Below, in pieces: positions 29,254-35,105 of a stretch of 35,105 bases of DNA (the stretch's first letter is position 1; every line of letters starts with the position of its first letter). Origin of the DNA: an uncultured Maritalea sp. (GTDB lineage: Bacteria; Pseudomonadota; Alphaproteobacteria; Rhizobiales; Devosiaceae); assembly GCA_913055925.1 (NCBI GenBank), contig CAJXLH010000001.1:1-35105 (forward strand), given 5' to 3'. The translations under genes and the position numbers were made by a program. The notes beneath the pieces were generated by a model that saw only the letters and a program-made list of their open reading frames with translations, was not told the origin of the DNA and did no database searches.

Positions 29254-30092
29254 GTTCTTGCCTTCAAACCATCACCGATTACGGCCTTCGTTCCATCGGC
29301 ATCGGCAAACGGCTTTTGCCGAAGACCGACTTCACCTTGTGCGAGCATTTCACGCTGATCGGCTCGGGCATGTTGTGGAACATCTATTTCGGCATCATTG
29401 CTTTGGCGACGGGTTTTTTCCTCGCCACCGCGATTGCCGTAGCGAAGAACTCGAGCAACCCTTGGGCGCGCAAACCTGCTGAGTGGTTTGTTTTTGTGTT
29501 CCGCGGGTCGCCGCTTTTCATTCAGTTTTTCCTTGCTTACGAGTTGTTTGTGCAACTGCCAAAGCTGGGTGTTGATATCAATCTTGGCTTCGTTGAAATC
29601 ACCGCCGAAACGCGCTGGTTGACCAAAGCGTGGTTGGGCGCAACGATTGTTTTGTTCCTCAACACAGCTGCCTATGCGGGCGAGATTTTTTATGGCGCTT
29701 TGCGCTCTGTACCTAAGGGCGATGTGGAAGCGGCTGACGCCTATGGACTGAGCGGCTGGCCGCGTTTTCGGCGGATCATTTGGCCGACCATGTTGCGCTT
29801 GGCCTGGCCCGCTTACACCAATGAAGCGATCTTTCTGTTCCATGCCACCACCTTGGTATTTTTCTCCGGCTTCCCCGCATGGCAACAACGCGGCGACGCG
29901 CTTTATTACGCAAACTATTTTGCTGACAAAACGTTCAACCCATTCATTCCATATCCAATTTTGGGCTTCTATTTCATCCTCCTCACCTTGGCGGTGATTG
30001 GGCTTTATGGATTGATCAATAAGCGATTGAACCGCCATCTGCCGGAAAACCAAAAGCAACGCATTAAGGTTCGCCCACAGATTATTCGGTAG
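29250..30092 (+). CDS. Polar amino-acid ABC transporter permease
   Basis: FRGSPLFIQFF, LNTAAYAGEI, EAADAYGLS; ATGA overlap with the upstream permease. Confidence 0.92.
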   Translation: MSSCLQTITDYGLRSIGIGKRLLPKTDFTLCEHFTLIGSGMLWNIYFGIIALATGFFLATAIAVAKNSSNPWARKPAEWFVFVFRGSPLFIQFFLAYELFVQLPKLGVDINLGFVEITAETRWLTKAWLGATIVLFLNTAAYAGEIFYGALRSVPKGDVEAADAYGLSGWPRFRRIIWPTMLRLAWPAYTNEAIFLFHATTLVFFSGFPAWQQRGDALYYANYFADKTFNPFIPYPILGFYFILLTLAVIGLYGLINKRLNRHLPENQKQRIKVRPQIIR

Positions 30093-30217
30093 CTTTTTCA
30101 ACTGCCGTTGAGTGTAACAGCGCACCGGCGGCCGTGGATAAGTTTTTGCACTTAGACTTGTAGCTTCATTTTTCCTCCCCATATCCGTCCTCACCATTTT
30201 GAAGGGCGGACAAGATC

Positions 30218-31051
30218 ATGAAACGCGAATTTGGAATAGTTGAAATCAGCAAATTCTTTTTGCTCGCGGTAGTGCTGTCGGCCGGGCCGATTGCATTGGT
30301 CGGTGCAGGATATCTGCCCGAATGGTCTATCCAACTTGGGGCGCTTGGACCATCAGTCGCAGCGTTTGTCGTTGTGTTTTCGCAAGGTGGGTTCACCAAC
30401 TTTAAGGCGCTAGGCAAAGACCTGTTCAAGTGGCGAGCCCCTATCCATGTTTGGCTTTTTGCCTTGTTCGTTCTTGCGGTTCCATCGCTGATCTCGGTCT
30501 ATCTGACAGGCTTCATCACCGGTAACGCGTTCGCCTTTGACACATTGCCGCCGCTTACGGCGCTGATCCCTATGTTTGTCATACTGACGATATTTGCGGG
30601 GTTCGGTGAGGAATTTGGTTGGCGCGGTTATTTGCTCCCCAATCTGCTGAAACGTCAAAATGCGATTGTTGCCAGCTTGATCGTCGGATTGGCTTGGGGC
30701 CTTTGGCATATCCCACTTTTCTTCACGCCTGGTGCGGTGCAAGGTGAATGGGCGCAACAAGCGGGTTTGTTCAGCGCCATCGCAGGCTACACGATTTTCT
30801 GCATTGCATGGTCAGTTCAGTACACGTGGATCCATCTGCGTTCGAACGGTAGCGTTTTGCTCGCCGCCGTTTATCACGGTACGGGCAACGCGTGGATTGG
30901 CGGGTATATCGATGTTTATCGTGGCGATGTCACCGGCGTCTTTGTGTTCACAGGCGTGATGATTGTCTTCTCGTTTCTGCTTTATATTGCGTTTGGCAAG
31001 GAGCTCCGACCCGTCGGACAACCAGCGCCAATCGCTCCACCCCACCCTTAA
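30218..31051 (+). CDS. CPBP (CAAX/Abi) family intramembrane metalloprotease
   Basis: GEEFGWRGYL, WGLWHIP, AAVYHGTGN; multi-TM. Confidence 0.92.
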   Translation: MKREFGIVEISKFFLLAVVLSAGPIALVGAGYLPEWSIQLGALGPSVAAFVVVFSQGGFTNFKALGKDLFKWRAPIHVWLFALFVLAVPSLISVYLTGFITGNAFAFDTLPPLTALIPMFVILTIFAGFGEEFGWRGYLLPNLLKRQNAIVASLIVGLAWGLWHIPLFFTPGAVQGEWAQQAGLFSAIAGYTIFCIAWSVQYTWIHLRSNGSVLLAAVYHGTGNAWIGGYIDVYRGDVTGVFVFTGVMIVFSFLLYIAFGKELRPVGQPAPIAPPHP

Positions 31052-31075
31052 TCCCTCCCCATCAAGGGGAGGGAC
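31040..31075. repeat. Alphaproteobacterial CCCC-type palindromic repeat
   Basis: CCCCACCCTTAA-TCCCTCCCC-ATCAA-GGGGAGGGA-C; contains the CPBP stop codon. Confidence 0.7.
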
Positions 31076-31133
31076 ATTGCGGTGCGCAGCATCGAATTAC
31101 TCCTTTGCACTCCACGTCATAATCACCCCTTAA

Positions 31134-31239
31134 CGTCATCCCTGCGCAGGCAGGGATCCAGACCGGAGTGTCATCAGGCACTATCTGCTGCGGCTTGTAG
31201 ACATTCACGCCTGGATCCCGGACTAAATCCGGGATGACG
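31134..31239. repeat. Inverted pair of CGTC-tagged REP-like palindromes (BIME-like)
   Basis: CGTCATCCCTGCGCAGGCAGGGATCCAG (31134-31161) and CTGGATCCCGGACTAAATCCGGGATGACG (31211-31239). Confidence 0.85.
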
Positions 31240-31278
31240 GTTGTGCGGTATGGATAGGTGGCGCGGTTCATTGAGCGC

Positions 31279-31573
31279 TCCGACCACCAAAACCCCCGCC
31301 ATGGCAATCCATGCGGAGTTCGTGAATTTGCGGTAGCGCGAGACAATGAACGTCTCAAAAGTTGCGCAAAAAGAGGTAGAGACAAACCAATGTCTCGCGC
31401 TGAGCCAAAAGCTGCTTGACCAACAGATCGCCCCGGGGTGCTCACCCTTTTATCCCCTTCCACGCGTGCAACCGAAACTGTTTGGTCCTTTGACCTTCGG
31501 TTGGTCCCAACTATGGAACCGATGAGAAAACAGTGCTCACCACACGGCTTACAAGTGTCCTCGGCGTCGGACT
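31279..31573 (-). ncRNA. Candidate ~295-nt structured non-coding RNA or element of unrecognised family
   Basis: Terminal closing stem, several nested hairpins, G-U wobbles that pair only on the minus strand, TATAAA 8 nt upstream of the 5' stem; no credible ORF. Confidence 0.5.
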
Positions 31574-31650
31574 GGACGATTTATAACCGAAGCGAAACAC
31601 AGCGACCCATGTTTCAATTGACCCGGCTTTCTTTGTGTTTGGTCTTTTTA

Positions 31651-31747
31651 TGCCGCCGTCGGTCCTTCGGACCTACCCCGGCACCCCCGGCTTCTTTTTG
31701 ATGCCGCCGTCGGTCCTTTGGACCTACCCCGGCACCCCCGCCAATTG
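31651..31747 (-). repeat. Two tandem copies (51-bp period) of a hairpin element with CGTC and GTAG tags
   Basis: TGCCG-CCGTC-GGTCC-TT(C/T)-GGACC-TACCC-CGGCA-CCCCCG at 31651 and 31702. Confidence 0.85.
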
Positions 31748-31921
31748 GTGCCCAACACCTGCGCAGCGCAAGCGAGAGCCACGTCACAGTGAGGCAACAA
31801 AACCACTTCACGACCCCAACAACGCGTCCATTGTCCGCGAGGTCTTCAAGAAAGCTACGGGTAGTTTACGGCACTGCTGGAGAGCGGGGATAAGTTTGCG
31901 AAGATTGACCCACTCTCTTTG

Positions 31922-32046
31922 GTCATGTTCGGGCTCGACCCGAGCATCCATGTTGCCGTTCGGGTTGATGCTATCGCTTGAAGCTATTGAACTTTTGCAA
32001 ATTTGCCATCTTATCATGTGCCCTCGGATCAAGTCCGAGGGTGACG
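31922..32046. repeat. Second inverted pair of (C)GTC-tagged REP-like palindromes
   Basis: GTCATGTTCGGGCTCGACCCGAGCATCCA (31922-31950) and TGCCCTCGGATCAAGTCCGAGGGTGACG (32019-32046). Confidence 0.8.
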
Positions 32047-32082
32047 TGGGGGATTGGGATGCGTCCGCGGATAAATCGGTGT

Positions 32083-33126
32083 CTAAATAATCTCATCTTC
32101 ATCAAACATCGGGTCATCGCCCAATTGATGTTCGAGATCTTCCACAGCGCCTTCGGCTTCCACCATCGATTTCACGCGCCCGATGTGAAAAAGGGCGTCA
32201 CCTTCATTGACGATGGGCATAACAGCGCGACCCACAATGATGCCGGAAAATGGTGCAAGCACTTCCATTTCTTGTTCGCCGAATGGATCGGAGACTGCGG
32301 CGAGAAGATCGCCTTTTCTGACAAAACTGCCATCCGATTTATAGACCCGTAACAGGCCTCCCATCGGAGCCCGGACCCACTTGCTCGAGGCGCAAAACTG
32401 GGGGGCGCCTTTTGGTTTGGCAACACCGCGTTTGGAGATCATGCCTTTGTGGTTCATCACCCGCAAAACACCCGCGACGCCAGCGCGAATGGCAAATTCG
32501 TCAAAGCGCAGGCCCTCACCGCCTTCAAACAACAAAACAGGTTTCCCCAATCGATATGCCGCTTGGCGCAAAGACCCCTCGCGCAAATCCGATTTCATGA
32601 TGACAGGTGCGCCGAAAATTTCTGCGAGGTGGAGCATTTCATCGTCACCCGGCGAAATCCGCACTTGCGGATAGTTGGTGCGATGTATGGCGGCGGAGTG
32701 CAAATCGATGCCGAAATCGGCCCGCGCCACCACGTCTGACAAAAATCGGTTGGCCAATCGACCCGCTAGTGATCCAGAATCGCTACCTGGAAAGCAACGG
32801 TTGAGATCACGCCGGTCGGGCAGATAGCGGGAATGGTTGATAAGGCCAAAAGCATTGACAATCGGTACCGCCAACAATGTGCCTTTGAGGCTGCGAAGCG
32901 AAGGGGATGCGAGAACACGGCGGATGATTTCAACGCCGATTACTTCATCACCATGAATGCCACCACTGACGAACATAGCGGGGCCAGGTGTTTTGCCATT
33001 GACCACATGCACCGACATGGAAATCGGTGTGTGATCGGACAACACGCTTACCGGAATATCAACGGTTTTTCTGGTGCCTGGCGCAATGGTTTGGCCGCCA
33101 ATTTCAAAGCTTTTGTTTTTTGTCAT
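32083..33126 (-). CDS. Succinylglutamate desuccinylase/aspartoacylase family (M14-like) hydrolase
   Basis: GGIHGDEVIG, DLNRCFPG, IDLHSA, LFEGGE, C-terminal barrel-sandwich WVRAPMGG. Confidence 0.9.
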   Translation of the reverse strand: MTKNKSFEIGGQTIAPGTRKTVDIPVSVLSDHTPISMSVHVVNGKTPGPAMFVSGGIHGDEVIGVEIIRRVLASPSLRSLKGTLLAVPIVNAFGLINHSRYLPDRRDLNRCFPGSDSGSLAGRLANRFLSDVVARADFGIDLHSAAIHRTNYPQVRISPGDDEMLHLAEIFGAPVIMKSDLREGSLRQAAYRLGKPVLLFEGGEGLRFDEFAIRAGVAGVLRVMNHKGMISKRGVAKPKGAPQFCASSKWVRAPMGGLLRVYKSDGSFVRKGDLLAAVSDPFGEQEMEVLAPFSGIIVGRAVMPIVNEGDALFHIGRVKSMVEAEGAVEDLEHQLGDDPMFDEDEII

Positions 33127-33305
33127 AGGGCCGGTCTGTGTGCCCCGGGAACCGCAAATTTTGCGCGCATTTATGTCTCAACAACAAATATTGTTGCTGC
33201 GTTTATGAGCTATTCAGCCCTCGGGCGCAGCAAGATCAGTGCAAGATGATCTTTTCTATTGCCGATGTAAATATCAAAAACGAAATGGCGACTTTACTCT
33301 TCGCT

Positions 33306-34535
33306 TCAAACCAACGCAGCGCACACCTTTTGAATGCGGGCAATGGCTTCTTCCAATTCGGATTTTGCGGCGGCATAAGAAATACGGAAGTAGGGCGAAA
33401 GGCCAAAGGCAGAACCGGGGACAATCGCCACATGGGCCGTTTCAAGAATGTAGCGGCAAAAGTCGCTATCGGTCTCAATCACTTGGCCTTGGGGCGTTGT
33501 TTTGCCGATCAATCCTTCGCATGACGAGAAGGTGTAAAATGCGCCTTCTGGCGTGCGGCAGTGTACGCCATCAATTTGATTCAAACCGGCCACGACCAAA
33601 TCGCGACGCTCCTGGAAGGACGCGGCGCGTGTCGCGAGGAAGCTTTCATCGCCATCCAACGCTTCGATGGCGGCGGCTTGTGAAATCGATGATGGGCAAG
33701 ATGTGGCTTGACTTTGGATGACAGCCATCGCGCGGATCAGCTCTTGTGGGCCAGCGCCAAAGCCCAAACGCCAACCTGTCATGGCGTGAGATTTGGAGAC
33801 GCCATTGATGATCAAGGCGCGATCTTTGAGGCGCGGCTCGACCTGTACCGGCGTGACGAACTGAAAATCGTCATAGGTGATGTGCTCATAGATATCGTCG
33901 CTCATCAACCACACATTTGGGTGGTTGAGCAACACATCAGCAATCGCCTGCAGTTCCTTCGCATTGTATGCCGCGCCTGATGGGTTGCTTGGTGAATTGA
34001 GCAACAACCAGCGGGTTTTGTCGGTGATTGCATTTTCAAGCTGTTCAGGCTGCAATTTGAACCCGTTTTCACCTGGGCATTGCACCAGAACCGGCACGCC
34101 ACCGCAAATGCGGATAATGTCGGAATAGGTCGTCCAATATGGGGTTGGGATCACCACCTCATCGCCGGGATTTAGCGTCGCCATAAAGGCGTTATACAAA
34201 ACCTGCTTCGCGCCAGCAGAAACGGTGATGTTGCTCGGTTCATATTTGAGGCCATTGCCGCGTGCCAGTTTGCGACACACGGCCTTTTTCATCTCGGGCG
34301 TACCGTCGAGCGGGGTATATTTGGTCTGGCCCGCATCAATGGCTTTATGCGCCGCGTCTTTAACAAAGTCCGGCGTGTCAAAATCTGGCTCGCCAGCACC
34401 CAAAATAATGACGGGCTTGCCTTCTGCCTTTAATTCTCGTGCGCGGGTTGAAATTTTGATGATTTCAGAAACCGAAATATTTGCAATCCGGTCAGCGCGG
34501 CGGAATGTGGAAGCTGAAGAAGAAGGCGCGGTCAT
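33306..34535 (-). CDS. Class I PLP-dependent aminotransferase (aspartate aminotransferase-like)
   Basis: ATG at 34535; GAGEPDFDTP, GAKQ, LNSPSNPSG, SDDIYE, NGVSKSHAMTGWRLG. Confidence 0.93.
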   Translation of the reverse strand: MTAPSSSASTFRRADRIANISVSEIIKISTRARELKAEGKPVIILGAGEPDFDTPDFVKDAAHKAIDAGQTKYTPLDGTPEMKKAVCRKLARGNGLKYEPSNITVSAGAKQVLYNAFMATLNPGDEVVIPTPYWTTYSDIIRICGGVPVLVQCPGENGFKLQPEQLENAITDKTRWLLLNSPSNPSGAAYNAKELQAIADVLLNHPNVWLMSDDIYEHITYDDFQFVTPVQVEPRLKDRALIINGVSKSHAMTGWRLGFGAGPQELIRAMAVIQSQATSCPSSISQAAAIEALDGDESFLATRAASFQERRDLVVAGLNQIDGVHCRTPEGAFYTFSSCEGLIGKTTPQGQVIETDSDFCRYILETAHVAIVPGSAFGLSPYFRISYAAAKSELEEAIARIQKVCAALV

Positions 34536-34573
34536 AAAAAGCTCGCAAAAGACTATTGGTTGGCGAAGGGAGG

Positions 34574-34596
34574 AAAAGGCGCGCGCATGGCGCGCC
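34574..34596 (-). terminator. Intrinsic terminator after the ALDH gene
   Basis: Minus strand GGCGCGC-CATGC-GCGCGCC-TTTT. Confidence 0.65.
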
Positions 34597-34616
34597 CATT
34601 CAATCAAGTTCGGATA

Positions 34617-34659
34617 TTAGATATCGAAAGAAACGCCCTTATATATCAAAAGATACACC
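34617..34659 (-). repeat. Diverged tandem duplicate of the last 7 codons (GVSFDI-stop) of the ALDH gene
   Basis: Minus strand GGT GTA TCT TTT GAT ATA TAA - G - GGC GTT TCT TTC GAT ATC TAA. Confidence 0.85.
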
Positions 34660-35105
34660 TTGGGCCAATGGCAATTCCGTACCATAGTTCACGGTGTTGG
34701 TGGCACGACGCATATAGGCCTTCCAAGCGTCAGAACCAGATTCGCGACCGCCGCCCGTTTCTTTTTCGCCGCCAAACGCGCCGCCAATTTCAGCGCCTGA
34801 TGTGCCGATATTAACGTTGGCGATGCCGCAATCTGAGCCTGATGCAGAAAGGAATTGCTCTGCTTCGCGCACATTCAAGGTGAAGACCATTGATGATAGG
34901 CCCGCACCAACTGCATTTTGCATGTCGATGGCGTCATCAAAGTCGGTGTATTTCACCACATAAAGAATTGGCGCGAATGTTTCTTCAAACATAGGACCAG
35001 CTTGTTCCGGCATTTCGACAATGGCTGGGCGGTAGTAGTAAGCGCCTTCATTGCCTTCAACATCCACGCGCTCGCCGCCAACAATATTGCCGCCCGCGGC
35101 CTTTG
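34639..35105 (-). CDS. amaB: ALDH7-family aldehyde dehydrogenase (piperideine-6-carboxylate / aminoadipate-semialdehyde dehydrogenase), 5' part outside the window
   Basis: EETFAPILYV, SDCGIANVNIGTSGAEIGGAFGGEKETGGGRESGSDAWKAYMRR is characteristic of ALDH7. Confidence 0.88.
   Translation of the reverse strand, partial: KAAGGNIVGGERVDVEGNEGAYYYRPAIVEMPEQAGPMFEETFAPILYVVKYTDFDDAIDMQNAVGAGLSSMVFTLNVREAEQFLSASGSDCGIANVNIGTSGAEIGGAFGGEKETGGGRESGSDAWKAYMRRATNTVNYGTELPLAQGVSFDI

Noticed and set aside
29142-30197. 351-aa antisense ORF over the second amino-acid permease
   Set aside because: Shadow of a hydrophobic membrane-protein gene; no recognisable motifs.
30218-31051. CPBP/Abi protein as an anti-phage or bacteriocin-immunity system
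   Set aside because: The Abi label for this family is historical, and no bacteriocin or defence partner genes are nearby.
31431-31455. Minus-strand GGATAAAAGG...ACCCCGGGG resembling the 23S rRNA peptidyl-transferase region
   Set aside because: The match is short and gapped and the flanks show no rRNA similarity; treated as chance.
31535-31552. Minus-strand AAGCCGTGTGGTGAG as group II intron domain V
   Set aside because: The complementary 3' arm of domain V, domain VI and a GTGCG 5' end are not present.
31651-31747. 51-bp tandem as a mini CRISPR array
   Set aside because: Only two units, the intervening sequence is ~12 nt rather than a unique spacer, there are no cas genes, and a structural homologue lies dispersed at 13613.
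31062-32090. ORFs 31062-31463, 31438-31701, 31614-31811, 31635-32090 and 31808-32032
   Set aside because: They overlap on both strands, largely translate the repeats (e.g. VIPDLVRDP, WIPACAGMT, GGAGVGPKDRRRH) and show no recognisable domain.

Overview
Core metabolic region of an alphaproteobacterial chromosome (Hyphomicrobiales/Rhodobacterales-like, judged from gene content and intergenic repeat types). Left to right: the end of a two-component locus; an Lrp regulator divergent from the branched-chain 2-oxoacid dehydrogenase genes bkdA1-bkdA2-bkdB (no E3 gene); a soluble chemoreceptor; a ~17.5 kb purine uptake and catabolism cluster (CUT2/BMP ABC transporter, ade, uraH-xdhABC-puuD-guaD-NUDIX, puuE::uraD-allE-allA) with a RutR-type box in each of its three promoter regions; an Lrp regulator with a lysine 6-dehydrogenase-like gene and a polar amino-acid ABC transporter; a CPBP protease; a ~1 kb non-coding island; and a converging ALDH7 / aminotransferase / aspartoacylase-like block. 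The most unusual signals are non-coding: (1) a ~295-nt multi-stem element on the minus strand (31279-31573) that matches no RNA family I recognise, embedded among REP-like repeats; (2) a ~45-nt hairpin element in three copies, two of them 18 kb from the third, with compensatory base changes; (3) a synonymously recoded tandem duplicate of the last 7 codons of the ALDH7 gene. All structures were read by eye; no folding or database search was run.
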